A DNA stretch of 64,000 nt from Bacteroidales bacterium. GTDB taxonomy: Bacteria; Bacteroidota; Bacteroidia; Bacteroidales; UBA12077. The DNA is taken from assembly GCA_028282585.1 (NCBI GenBank), contig JANQHR010000126.1, positions 32,001 through 96,000 on the forward strand, written 5' to 3'. The position numbers and the translations under genes were made by a program. The notes beneath the pieces were generated by a model. That model saw nothing but the letters and a program-made list of their open reading frames with translations. It was not told where the DNA came from and did not search any database. This document shows, piece by piece, positions 1 to 9,425 of this stretch (the stretch's first letter is position 1; each line of letters starts with the position of its first letter).

Positions 1-223
1 ATTACCAATTATAGCGGCAAATGTAAAAGATTTGATGGATTTTGATTTTTCAGCTCAAAATTCAGTTTCGCTTACACCGTTAGTTATTGGTTTTTTCGCA
101 GCATTTTTATCCGGCTTATTAGCTTGTAGCTGGATGTTAAAAATAGTAAAGAGAGGCAAGTTAATTTACTTCGCAATATATTGTTTTATTGTTGGTTCAA
201 TAGCAATTATTGCTTCATTTTAA
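1..223 (+). CDS. uppP: Undecaprenyl-diphosphatase, C-terminal part (truncated by window edge)
   Basis: Hydrophobic C-terminus FFAAFLSGLLACSWMLKIVKRGKLIYFAIYC typical of BacA/UppP; lies upstream of truB. Confidence 0.8.
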   Translation, partial: LPIIAANVKDLMDFDFSAQNSVSLTPLVIGFFAAFLSGLLACSWMLKIVKRGKLIYFAIYCFIVGSIAIIASF

Positions 224-228
224 AGGAT

Positions 229-957
229 ATGTCAAAATTGGAAGTAAATAGCGTTGAGGATTTTCAGGAGGGGGTTGTTATTCCAATTAACAAACCATAT
301 GAATGGACATCTTTTGATGTTGTTAAAAAAGTTAAAAACCAAATTGGCAAGAAACTTCGTCAAACATTAAATATTAGATTAAAGAATTTTAAAGTTGGTC
401 ATGCAGGTACACTTGATCCTTTAGCTGAGGGCCTGGTTTTGGTATGCACTGGAAAGGCTACAAAAAAAATCAATGATTTAATGGCTGATGAAAAGGAGTA
501 TATAGCAACGATAGAGGTAGGAAGAACTACTCCGTCCTATGACCTGGAAACTGAATATGATAAGTCCTTTTCAACAGAACATATTAATGAAGAATTAGTA
601 AAAGAAGTGCTAAAATCTTTTATTGGTGAACAAGATCAGATTCCACCTGTTTACTCAGCTAAGAATGTTAATGGAAAAAGAGCATATGATTATGCTCGAC
701 AAGGAGAAGAAATTGAATTAAAAGCGAACAAAATCAACATTTATGAGTTAGAATTATTGGAGTATAAGTTTCCAATAATTAGGATTAAGATTGTTTGTAG
801 TAAGGGCACGTATATTCGCTCTTTGGCATACGATATAGGTAAAAAATTAAAAAGCGGAGCACATTTAGTTAGGTTAGTTAGAACAAGAATAGGAAGTTAT
901 AAGTTACATTCTTCGTTAACAATAAAAGAATTAGAAAAATTTTTAGCAATTTTGTAA
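229..957 (+). CDS. truB: tRNA pseudouridine(55) synthase
   Basis: KPYEWTSFDVV, KVGHAGTLDPLA, CSKGTYIRSLA motifs; ATG at 229 preferred over 181. Confidence 0.95.
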   Translation: MSKLEVNSVEDFQEGVVIPINKPYEWTSFDVVKKVKNQIGKKLRQTLNIRLKNFKVGHAGTLDPLAEGLVLVCTGKATKKINDLMADEKEYIATIEVGRTTPSYDLETEYDKSFSTEHINEELVKEVLKSFIGEQDQIPPVYSAKNVNGKRAYDYARQGEEIELKANKINIYELELLEYKFPIIRIKIVCSKGTYIRSLAYDIGKKLKSGAHLVRLVRTRIGSYKLHSSLTIKELEKFLAIL

Positions 958-1021
958 CTTTTTAAATATTGCCACGTATAAGCAGGTCATTTAAGTATAA
1001 TCATATAAATAGTTTGAATTA

Positions 1022-2071
1022 ATGAAGTTATCTCAGTTTAAGTTTAATCTCCAAAAAGAACTAATTGCCAAATTTCCAGCTGAAAGTAGAGACGAATCAA
1101 GATTGTTGGTCGTACATAAAGAATCAGGAAAACTAGAACATAAAGTTTTTAAGGACATCGTAGATTATGTTGATGATCAGGATGTAATGGTTTTTAATAA
1201 CACTAAGGTTTTTCCTGCACGTTTGTATGGAAATAAGGAAAAAACTGGCGCTAAAATTGAGGTTTTTCTTTTGAGAGAATTAAACCGTGAACAAAGATTA
1301 TGGGATGTTTTGGTTGATCCGGCTCGTAAAATAAGAATTGGAAATAAGCTTTATTTTGGTGAAGATGACTCTTTGGTAGCTGAAGTTATTGATAACACAA
1401 CTTCAAGAGGTAGAACTTTAAGGTTTTTATTCGATGGATCATATGAGGAATTTAAAAGGACGCTTTATGATTTAGGAGAAACTCCTCTACCAAAATTCAT
1501 TAATAGAGATGTTGAACCGGAAGATCGTGAACGATACCAGACAATTTATGCTAAGCACGAAGGTGCTGTTGCCGCTCCAACGGCAGGGATGCACTTTAGT
1601 CGTGAGTTAATGAAAAGATTAGAAATTAAGGGTGTTGATTTTGCAGAAATAACATTACATGTAGGTTTAGGAAATTTCAGAACCGTTGATGTTGAGGATT
1701 TAACAAAACATAAAATGGATTCTGAAAAGATTATCATTACTGATGAGGCAGTTAATAAGGTAAACGAGGCAAAAGATAAAAAGAAGAATGTTATTGCTGT
1801 AGGAACAACTGTTTTAAGAACTCTGGAATCATCAGTTTCAACAACCGGACATTTAAAGCCTTACGATGGATGGACTAATAAATTTATATTCCCTCCTTAC
1901 GAGGTTCAGGTTCCTAATATGATGGTGTCAAATTTCCATCTGCCGTATTCGACATTATTAATGATGGTATGTGCTTTTGGAGGTTATGATGCAGTAATTA
2001 ATGCTTATAAAACTGCCATAAAAGAAGAATATCGGTTTGGAACTTATGGCGATGCAATGTTGATTTTATAA
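1022..2071 (+). CDS. queA: SAM:tRNA ribosyltransferase-isomerase
   Basis: [42 protein letters not shown] motifs. Confidence 0.96.
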   Translation: MKLSQFKFNLQKELIAKFPAESRDESRLLVVHKESGKLEHKVFKDIVDYVDDQDVMVFNNTKVFPARLYGNKEKTGAKIEVFLLRELNREQRLWDVLVDPARKIRIGNKLYFGEDDSLVAEVIDNTTSRGRTLRFLFDGSYEEFKRTLYDLGETPLPKFINRDVEPEDRERYQTIYAKHEGAVAAPTAGMHFSRELMKRLEIKGVDFAEITLHVGLGNFRTVDVEDLTKHKMDSEKIIITDEAVNKVNEAKDKKKNVIAVGTTVLRTLESSVSTTGHLKPYDGWTNKFIFPPYEVQVPNMMVSNFHLPYSTLLMMVCAFGGYDAVINAYKTAIKEEYRFGTYGDAMLIL

Positions 2072-2098
2072 CGATAATATTATAAATAATAAAGCTAG

Positions 2099-2137
2099 AA
2101 AGGTTAGTTTCCGGTAGTAATCGGGCTAACCTTTTTT
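2099..2137. terminator. Hairpin terminator between convergent queA and UDG genes
   Basis: aaaggttag...ctaaccttt inverted repeat followed by T-run. Confidence 0.6.
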
Positions 2138-2139
2138 AA

Positions 2140-2724
2140 TTAGCAGTGAGCCGAATAATGATTCTCATTTATTAGTTCGCGATATTTTGAAACTACTTTT
2201 TTAAAATCCTCCCAGGCAGGACGCTTTAATTTTTCATTTCGAAGTAATGCAGATGGATGAAAAGTAGGCATAATAAGTCTTCCATTCCATTCCATCCACT
2301 CTCCACGAACTTTAGTAATTTTGGCATTAGGATCTATCAATCCCTTAAGAGCCGTTGCGCCCAAAAGAATTATAATTTTTGGGTCAATTAGTTCAATTTG
2401 TTTATATAAATATGGAATACAAGTTTCTCTTTCTTCTGGCAGAGGGTCACGGTTATTTGGTGGGCGGCATTTAACAATATTTCCAATAAAAACATGCTCT
2501 TTTCTATTAAAACCACAAACATCTAGTATTTTATCTAATAATTGACCGGATTTTCCAACAAAAGGACGTCCTTGCTGATCTTCATAATAACCGGGTCCTT
2601 CTCCGATACACATGATTTCTGCATGTCGAAATCCTTCACCAAAAACTACATTTGTTCTTGTTTTACTTAAAATGCATTGAGTGCATTGATTAGCTTCTTG
2701 TTTGAGTTGTTCGAAATCGTCCAT
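2140..2724 (-). CDS. Uracil-DNA glycosylase family 4 (Fe-S)
   Basis: CxxC N-terminus, GEGPG, GRPFVG, VKCRPPNNR, FHPS motifs. Confidence 0.92.
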   Translation of the reverse strand: MDDFEQLKQEANQCTQCILSKTRTNVVFGEGFRHAEIMCIGEGPGYYEDQQGRPFVGKSGQLLDKILDVCGFNRKEHVFIGNIVKCRPPNNRDPLPEERETCIPYLYKQIELIDPKIIILLGATALKGLIDPNAKITKVRGEWMEWNGRLIMPTFHPSALLRNEKLKRPAWEDFKKVVSKYRELINENHYSAHC

Positions 2725-2734
2725 AGGAAAGAAT

Positions 2735-3679
2735 TTAATTCATTACATTTTGAGGATTTCCATCAAGCCATTTATGAATATTTGCTACAACAATCTTTCC
2801 TCTTAATTCAATAGCTTCTTTTGTCGCATAACCAATATGCGGAAGTAAAATAACATTTGGAGCCTGGAATAAAGGATTATTTTCATCCAAAGGAGGCTCT
2901 TTTTCATAGACATCAAGTGCAGCTCCTGCAATTTTATTGGCTTCTAGTGCATTAATTAATGCAACATTGTCAACGATAGGTCCACGAGCAGTATTAATGA
3001 ATACTGAAGATGGTTTAACTAATTGTAATTTTTCTTTGTTAATTAGTTTTTTAGTATCATTAGTTAATGGAATATGCACTGAAATGATATCACTATTTTT
3101 TAAAAGATAATTTAAACTGGAAAACTCAACATTGGGAATGCTTTTAGAGCTTCTATTATATGCTAAAACTTTACATCCAAATGCATTAGCCAAACGAGCA
3201 ACTTCCATTCCAATTTGACCTGCTCCTATAATTCCAAAAGTCTTTCCATATAATTCTGACCCCAAAAATCCTGCTCTAGTTGAATATTTTCTGGTTTGAT
3301 TATCACTCCATATTATTTTTCTGTAAAGGCTTATTGCAGCTCCAATGGTTAATTCAGCTACTGCGTGATTTGAATACCCTGCAGCGTTAGATACAATTAT
3401 ATTCTTTTCACGGCATAAATTCATAGGGATGTGATCAACTCCTGCAAATGCTACCGAAATCATTTTTAAATTAGCACAATGGTTAATTACATTATCTGAA
3501 ATTGCGAGATTGCTTAAAATTATTATGTCTGAATTTTTGATTCTACTAATGATTTCTTCATCGTTTTTCGGTTTGTCATCATAAACGGCCAATCTATGAT
3601 TTAAAGCTTTAAAATCTGCTTTTATTTTTATTATTTCCTCAGGTTTATATCCAATAGGTTCAACTAATGTAATTTTCAT
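2735..3679 (-). CDS. D-isomer-specific 2-hydroxyacid dehydrogenase
   Basis: GIIGAGQIG Rossmann motif, INTARG, ALDVYEKEP, PHIG. Confidence 0.9.
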   Translation of the reverse strand: MKITLVEPIGYKPEEIIKIKADFKALNHRLAVYDDKPKNDEEIISRIKNSDIIILSNLAISDNVINHCANLKMISVAFAGVDHIPMNLCREKNIIVSNAAGYSNHAVAELTIGAAISLYRKIIWSDNQTRKYSTRAGFLGSELYGKTFGIIGAGQIGMEVARLANAFGCKVLAYNRSSKSIPNVEFSSLNYLLKNSDIISVHIPLTNDTKKLINKEKLQLVKPSSVFINTARGPIVDNVALINALEANKIAGAALDVYEKEPPLDENNPLFQAPNVILLPHIGYATKEAIELRGKIVVANIHKWLDGNPQNVMN

Positions 3680-3710
3680 TTAAACTATTTTTCCGATAAA
3701 ATTAAAAATA

Positions 3711-3737
3711 AAAAAGGGAGTTCAAAAATGAACTCCC
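3711..3737 (-). terminator. Intrinsic terminator of the rplM-rpsI-rpsB-tsf operon
   Basis: gggagttca-aaaa-tgaactccc perfect 9-bp stem with T-tract on the minus strand. Confidence 0.8.
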
Positions 3738-3760
3738 CAAATAAATATTGTAAAAATAAA

Positions 3761-4585
3761 TTATTGCTTGATAGAAAATCTTTTAAATTCAGTAACAGTT
3801 AAATCACCATTTGTTTGTTTCAGATACTGCTCAACAGACATTTTATTATCCTTAATAAAAGCTTGGCTTAATAAAGTATTTTCTTTAAAGAATTTACCTA
3901 ATTTACCCTGAGCAATTTTATCAACTAAATTTTCAGGTTTTCCTTCTGCTAATGCTTGATTTTTCCCTATTTCAAGTTCTTTGTCAATAGTTTCTTGAGG
4001 AACCTGATCTTTATTAACAGCTACCGGATCCATTGCAGCAACTTGCATTGCAACATCTTTACCAATTTGTTCTTCAATACCTGATTTATTTAAACCAACG
4101 AGTGTGGCCAATTTTTTATCGCTATGAATGTAAGCGGCTACCTGACCGGCCTCAACTTTATCATAATATTTTAGATCCAATTTTTCACCTATAACACCTG
4201 TTTGCTCTACAATCTTATCAGAGATTTTCATTCCATCAACCTCAAGATTATTTAAAGCTTCTAAATCTGCAGGTGAATTTTCTAATGCCTGATTTAAGAT
4301 TTTTTCGGCTAAAGCAACAAAATCTTCATTTTTAGCAACAAAATCAGTTTCGCAATTTAAAGAAATCATTGCGCCTTTGCTTCCGCTTGTTTTAGCTAAA
4401 ACAACGCCTTCACTTGCTTCTCTGTCAGAACGCTTATTTGCAACAGCCTGACCTTTTTCACGAATGATTTGTTGTGCTTTATCAAAATCACCTTCAGCTT
4501 CAACCAGAGCCTTTTTGCAATCCATCATGCCGGCACCAGTCATTTTTCTTAATTTGTTTACATCAGATGCAGTAATTTGAGCCAT
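3761..4585 (-). CDS. tsf: Elongation factor Ts
   Basis: LRKMTGAGMMDCKKAL, NCETDFVA motifs; downstream of rpsB. Confidence 0.98.
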   Translation of the reverse strand: MAQITASDVNKLRKMTGAGMMDCKKALVEAEGDFDKAQQIIREKGQAVANKRSDREASEGVVLAKTSGSKGAMISLNCETDFVAKNEDFVALAEKILNQALENSPADLEALNNLEVDGMKISDKIVEQTGVIGEKLDLKYYDKVEAGQVAAYIHSDKKLATLVGLNKSGIEEQIGKDVAMQVAAMDPVAVNKDQVPQETIDKELEIGKNQALAEGKPENLVDKIAQGKLGKFFKENTLLSQAFIKDNKMSVEQYLKQTNGDLTVTEFKRFSIKQ

Positions 4586-4601
4586 TTTTTTAATTTTTTA
4601 C

Positions 4602-4644
4602 GGCCTGCCTGTCAACTACCTTTTGGCAGACAGGGCAGACAAGG
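4602..4644. repeat. GC-rich REP-like palindrome (CCTGCC/GGCAG family)
   Basis: ggcctgcctgtc...ggcagacagggcagacaagg; shares cagggcagaca with the element at 44015-44052. Confidence 0.6.
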
Positions 4645-4655
4645 TTTGAATTTTA

Positions 4656-5552
4656 TTATTCTTGAGTTTCTTCGTTTTGAGCTTCAGCTGGTTCTTCTTT
4701 TACTTCTACATTGTCTTCAACTGGAGCATCCACGCCTGCCGGCTGGGCAGACTCTTTTCTTGCGCTGGTTTTTTTAGCATCGTTCCCGCCTTCTGACTGG
4801 GCAGGTTTAGCTTTTTTTGGACCTTTTTTAGCGTCCTTTGCCGGACCTTCTTTTTCCTTCTCCATCTTTCTTTCTTCTAAACCTTCTTGAATAGCTGCTG
4901 TAATCTTATCTAAAATTAATGAAATGGATTTTGAAGCATCATCATTAGCAGGAATTGGGAAATCAACAGGAGTTGGATCTGAGTTTGTATCTACAATCGC
5001 AAACAGAGGAATATTTAATCTTTTTGCTTCTCTTACTGCAATATGTTCTTTTGAAACGTCAACAATGAACATAGCTGCTGGAAGTCTTGTCATATCAGCA
5101 ATACTTCCTAACATTTTTTCTAATTTAGCTCTTTGACGTGTAATTTGTAATTTTTCTCTTTTTGCAAGATTGTTAAAAGTACCATCTTTTTCCATTTTAT
5201 CAATAGAAGCCATTTTCTTAACAGCTCTTCGTATGGTCGGGAAGTTAGTTAACATACCGCCTGGCCAACGTTCTGTTACATATGGCATTTGAGTACCTTT
5301 AACTTTTTCTGCAACTATATCTTTTGCTTGTTTTTTAGTAGCAACAAATAAAACCTTACGTCCAGATTTTGCAATTTGTTTTAATGCATTACAAGCTTCT
5401 TCTAATTTTGCTTCGGTTTTCTGTAAATCAATGATGTGAATTCCGTTGCGCTCCATAAAAATATAAGGAGCCATAGCAGGATTCCACTTTCTTTTCAAGT
5501 GTCCGAAATGAACACCTGCTTCTAACAATTCATTAAAGTTTGTTCTTGACAT
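4656..5552 (-). CDS. rpsB: 30S ribosomal protein S2 with long C-terminal tail
   Basis: LLEAGVHFGH, WNPAM, RWPGGMLTNF, PANDDA. Confidence 0.98.
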   Translation of the reverse strand: MSRTNFNELLEAGVHFGHLKRKWNPAMAPYIFMERNGIHIIDLQKTEAKLEEACNALKQIAKSGRKVLFVATKKQAKDIVAEKVKGTQMPYVTERWPGGMLTNFPTIRRAVKKMASIDKMEKDGTFNNLAKREKLQITRQRAKLEKMLGSIADMTRLPAAMFIVDVSKEHIAVREAKRLNIPLFAIVDTNSDPTPVDFPIPANDDASKSISLILDKITAAIQEGLEERKMEKEKEGPAKDAKKGPKKAKPAQSEGGNDAKKTSARKESAQPAGVDAPVEDNVEVKEEPAEAQNEETQE

Positions 5553-5568
5553 TTAACTAATTTTTTAA

Positions 5569-5643
5569 CGTTTACATTCTTTTTTAACAGTCAATTGCTG
5601 AGTAGCTCCATGCAGGACGTCTCAACAATTTAGATACTAAACG
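5569..5643 (-). promoter_or_regulatory. Candidate structured rpsB leader RNA
   Basis: Nested inverted repeats cgttta/taaacg and aattgctgag/ctcaacaatt directly upstream of the rpsB start. Confidence 0.45.
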
Positions 5644-5668
5644 GAATATTATCCAACAGAATAAAATT

Positions 5669-6055
5669 CTATCGTTTACTAAATTGAAACTTCTTGCGCG
5701 CTTTTGGTTGACCGGGTTTTTTACGTTCTACAGTTCTAGGATCACGAGTTAAGAATCCAGCTTTTTTCAAAGCATCCCTGTGTTCAGGATTTACTTCGAT
5801 CAATGCTCTTGAAATTCCTAATCTTACGGCTTCAGCTTGTCCTTTAATTCCACCACCAAAGATGTTAATTTTAAGGTCAAATTTACCTTCTGCTTCAACT
5901 AACTCTAATGGTTGTTTTACCACATACTGAAGTGGTTTTGTAGGGAAAAAATCTTCTAACTCTCTTCCATTAATTGAGATCTTTCCTTTTCCTTCACTTA
6001 AATAAACCCTTGCAACAGCAGCTTTTCTTCTTCCTAAAGTATTTATTACTTCCAT
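5669..6055 (-). CDS. rpsI: 30S ribosomal protein S9
   Basis: [35 protein letters not shown]. Confidence 0.98.
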   Translation of the reverse strand: MEVINTLGRRKAAVARVYLSEGKGKISINGRELEDFFPTKPLQYVVKQPLELVEAEGKFDLKINIFGGGIKGQAEAVRLGISRALIEVNPEHRDALKKAGFLTRDPRTVERKKPGQPKARKKFQFSKR

Positions 6056-6060
6056 TTTAA

Positions 6061-6516
6061 TTATTTAATTGAGTTTAAATCTACTTTTTTTGGTTTCTGT
6101 GCTTCATGAGCATGCTCGTTGCCTTCATAAACATAAAGGTTTCTAAATAATTCTCTTCCAAGACGATTCTTTGGTAGCATTCCTTTAATAGACTTTTCAA
6201 CAACTTCGGTAGGCTTTGTCGCTAACAATTTTTCCGGAGTAGTAACTCTTTGTCCTCCTGGATAACCTGTATGACGTACATATTGTTTGTCAGTCATTTT
6301 GTTACCTGTTAATTGAATTTGGCTTGCATTGATAACAATTACATTATCACCACAGTCAACATGAGGAGTAAAAGAAGGTTTATTTTTCCCTCTTAAAATC
6401 ATTGCAACTTTAGAAGCTAACCGGCCTAAAGTTTCGTCTTTCGCGTCAACAAGAATCCATTCTTTTTGAACAGTTTCCTTGTTTGCTGATACTGTTTTGT
6501 AACTTAATGTATCCAC
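6061..6516 (-). CDS. rplM: 50S ribosomal protein L13 (GTG start)
   Basis: [31 protein letters not shown]. Confidence 0.98.
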   Translation of the reverse strand: MDTLSYKTVSANKETVQKEWILVDAKDETLGRLASKVAMILRGKNKPSFTPHVDCGDNVIVINASQIQLTGNKMTDKQYVRHTGYPGGQRVTTPEKLLATKPTEVVEKSIKGMLPKNRLGRELFRNLYVYEGNEHAHEAQKPKKVDLNSIK

Positions 6517-6580
6517 TTTAAAACTCCTAACTTTTTAATTAATACCTTAATACATTACTTTTCCTGTATTTTGCGGATTG

Positions 6581-6588
6581 CAAAAATA
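6581..6588 (-). promoter_or_regulatory. Bacteroidota -7 box (TATTTTTG) upstream of rplM; second candidate TATATTTG at 6695-6702
   Basis: Matches TAnnTTTG consensus. Confidence 0.5.
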
Positions 6589-6804
6589 CAATTATTTTTT
6601 ATAAATCAAGAAAATTAGTTATAAATAATTTGCTAATATCCTGACCTATAAATAATGATTAATGGTAATCGTAAAACACCGTAATTTTGAGCGGCAAATA
6701 TAGTTAATTTTTGAATTGATAAGCCATTAAAATAAGATTTTCAGTTAAATAAACACATTTTTTAACATTAAAATTTGTTTTTTATATTCTTACATTACTT
6801 TAAT

Positions 6805-6812
6805 TATCTTTG
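6805..6812 (+). promoter_or_regulatory. -7 box TATCTTTG upstream of the O-antigen ligase-like gene
   Basis: Matches TAnnTTTG, 20 nt before the ATG. Confidence 0.5.
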
Positions 6813-6832
6813 ACATTATAGATTTATGCATA

Positions 6833-8440
6833 ATGAGGAAAATATTTAATATTACTTTTAATCATAGTAAGCTATATTTTTTCGGACTAATTTTAACTGT
6901 TTTAAGTTTACCTCTTTCAAAATTTGCAGTGAGCGTTTCAATAATATTTTTGGTGTGTAATTGGATACTCGAACTAGATTTTAAGAGAAAATGGCATGAA
7001 TTAAAAACAAATAAATCAATTCTAATATTTATAGGATTTTTTTTTGTTCACCTATTATGGTTAATAAATACAGAAGATTTCCAATATGGTTTTAAAGACT
7101 TATCTAATAAAGCGAAATTTTTAGTATTCCCAATTATAATAGGAACAAGCAGAAAACTTTCATTTGATCAAATCAAAACAATACTTATTTGGTTTGCTCT
7201 AGCTTTATTATCATCAACAATAATTAGCACTTTGATATTAACTCAGGCTATTGATTATCCTGTTGAAAATATTAGAGACATTTCTCCCTTTATATCACAT
7301 ATTCGACTGAGCTTATTAATTAATGTTTCAATATTTTCATTAGGTTACATTATTGCTTCCAAAAAATTTAAAATAACAAAATTTGAGTTTTTTGCTTATT
7401 TAACTGTGATATTATGGTTTACATTATTCCTTTACTTATTAAGATCTTTAACTGGAATTGTAATATTCATAATCCTTCTTTTTTTTGTTTTAACTGTTCT
7501 TTCAGTTAAAATTAAGGTGTTAGTTCCAAGGCTGTTTTTACAGGTTTTTCTCATAGTTATATTTTTACTATTAGCATCAATTCTTGCTCATTCAATTTCA
7601 AAATTTTATTCAAAAGAATTTGTTGACTTTCAGAATCTCGAGGAATTTACTTTAAACGGGAATCCTTATAAACACTTTTTGAAGAGAGATCAAATAGAAA
7701 ATGGGAATTATTTATGGTTATACATTAGCGAGAAAGAACTCGAAAAAGAATGGAATGAGGTTAGCAAGATTGCATATTTAGATGAAGATAAAAAAGGACA
7801 AAAAATACAGTACACGTTATTAAGATATTTAACCTCAAAAGGATACAGGAAAGATTCAGTAGGGATCTCCAAACTTTCATTTCAAGATATCAGAAATATC
7901 GAAAATGGAATGGCAAACTATATTTATGAAAAAAAATATGCTCTTTATCCGATAATTTATGATATCATCTGGCAAATTGATGTATATAGGAAAGGTCTGA
8001 ATCCCGCTGGAAACTCTGTTACTTTGAGAATTGAACTTGCTAAAAACGGAATTGATATAATAAGAAATAACTTTTGGTTTGGAGTAGGAACAGGCGATGT
8101 GAAACAAACTATCAACGATCAGTTTGAAATAAATAACAGTAAATTACCTCAAAAATATAGATTGCGAGCGCATAATTTATATATTACTTTTTTTTTAACA
8201 TTCGGTTTAATTGGATCAATTTTAATTTGGTTTTGTATTTTTTATCCTGTTTTTAAATTAAAAGGATTCAGAAGATTTTTATTTACGATATTTTTTATAA
8301 TAGCTTTATTATCATTTGTTAATGAGGACACATTAGAAACACATATTGGAATAACATTTTTTTCTTATTTTTATTCGCTTTTTCTATTTGGAACAAATTT
8401 TAACAATAAAAACGAAGTGGAGTATGAGCAAGAATCATGA
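6833..8440 (+). CDS. O-antigen ligase family membrane protein
   Basis: Multiple TM helices, periplasmic loop, FGVGTG and AHNLY (WaaL-like HN motif). Confidence 0.75.
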   Translation: MRKIFNITFNHSKLYFFGLILTVLSLPLSKFAVSVSIIFLVCNWILELDFKRKWHELKTNKSILIFIGFFFVHLLWLINTEDFQYGFKDLSNKAKFLVFPIIIGTSRKLSFDQIKTILIWFALALLSSTIISTLILTQAIDYPVENIRDISPFISHIRLSLLINVSIFSLGYIIASKKFKITKFEFFAYLTVILWFTLFLYLLRSLTGIVIFIILLFFVLTVLSVKIKVLVPRLFLQVFLIVIFLLLASILAHSISKFYSKEFVDFQNLEEFTLNGNPYKHFLKRDQIENGNYLWLYISEKELEKEWNEVSKIAYLDEDKKGQKIQYTLLRYLTSKGYRKDSVGISKLSFQDIRNIENGMANYIYEKKYALYPIIYDIIWQIDVYRKGLNPAGNSVTLRIELAKNGIDIIRNNFWFGVGTGDVKQTINDQFEINNSKLPQKYRLRAHNLYITFFLTFGLIGSILIWFCIFYPVFKLKGFRRFLFTIFFIIALLSFVNEDTLETHIGITFFSYFYSLFLFGTNFNNKNEVEYEQES

Positions 8441-8897
8441 GGAGTTTATGCGAGAAGCGATCAGGTTATCTATTCAAAATGTAGATAAAAATGGAGGTCC
8501 TTTTGGAGCAGTGATAGTTAAAAATGGTGAGATAATTGCTACCGGAGTTAATCGTGTTACTTTAAATAATGACCCAACTGCACATGCTGAGATAAATGCA
8601 ATTCGCGAAGCTTCAAAAAAACTTGGAACATTTGATTTGCAAGGCTGTGAAATCTATTCTTCGTGCGAACCTTGCCCAATGTGTTTAGGTGCAATTTATT
8701 GGGCGCATATAGATAAATTGTATTTTGCAAATACGAAACAAGATGCAAAAGAAATTGACTTCGACGATTCTTTTATATACGAAGAATTGAAACTTTCAAT
8801 TGAAAACAGGAAAATACCTACTTCTCAAATGCTAAGAGTGGAAGCGCTTGAAGCATTCAGCAAATGGAGAAATAAAACTGACAAAATTGAATATTAA
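8424..8897 (+). CDS. Nucleoside/guanine deaminase (cytidine deaminase-like, GuaD type)
   Basis: GGPFGA, DPTAHAE, CEPCPMC Zn motifs; ATG at 8424. Confidence 0.9.
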   Translation: MSKNHEEFMREAIRLSIQNVDKNGGPFGAVIVKNGEIIATGVNRVTLNNDPTAHAEINAIREASKKLGTFDLQGCEIYSSCEPCPMCLGAIYWAHIDKLYFANTKQDAKEIDFDDSFIYEELKLSIENRKIPTSQMLRVEALEAFSKWRNKTDKIEY

Positions 8898-9418
8898 TGT
8901 CAAGAATCCAACGCAGTTTTTTTATAAGAGATGTTTTAGATGTAGCGTCTGACCTATTAGGTAAGATTCTGGTTCGAAAATTCGACGATGATTCTATTAA
9001 AAAATATTTAATTACAGAGGTTGAGGCGTATAGGGGGCAAGAGGATTTAGCATGTCATGCAAGTAAAGGAAGAACTTCTAGAACAGAAATTATGTTTCAT
9101 GAAGGTGGATATGTATATGTTTATCTAATTTACGGAATGTATTGGATGCTTAATTTTGTTACAGAAAAAAAGGATATTCCACAAGCAGTTTTGATTCGTG
9201 GTATAGAAGGATTTGATGGGCCAGGAAAATTGACCAAGAATTTGATGATAGATAAGTCATTTTACGGAGAAGATCTGATTTTTAGCAATAGATTATGGAT
9301 TGAGAACAGTGAGTTGTCAGAAGATTTTAAAATAAAAACTACACCAAGAATAGGAATTGATTATGCCGGTGACATTTATAAAAATAAATTATGGAGGTTT
9401 GTAATTGAAAAGGATTAA
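8897..9418 (+). CDS. mpg: DNA-3-methyladenine glycosylase (AAG/MPG type)
   Basis: ITEVEAY, YVYLIYGMY, GPGKL, PRIGI. Confidence 0.92.
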   Translation: MSRIQRSFFIRDVLDVASDLLGKILVRKFDDDSIKKYLITEVEAYRGQEDLACHASKGRTSRTEIMFHEGGYVYVYLIYGMYWMLNFVTEKKDIPQAVLIRGIEGFDGPGKLTKNLMIDKSFYGEDLIFSNRLWIENSELSEDFKIKTTPRIGIDYAGDIYKNKLWRFVIEKD

Positions 9419-9425
9419 AGTTCTT

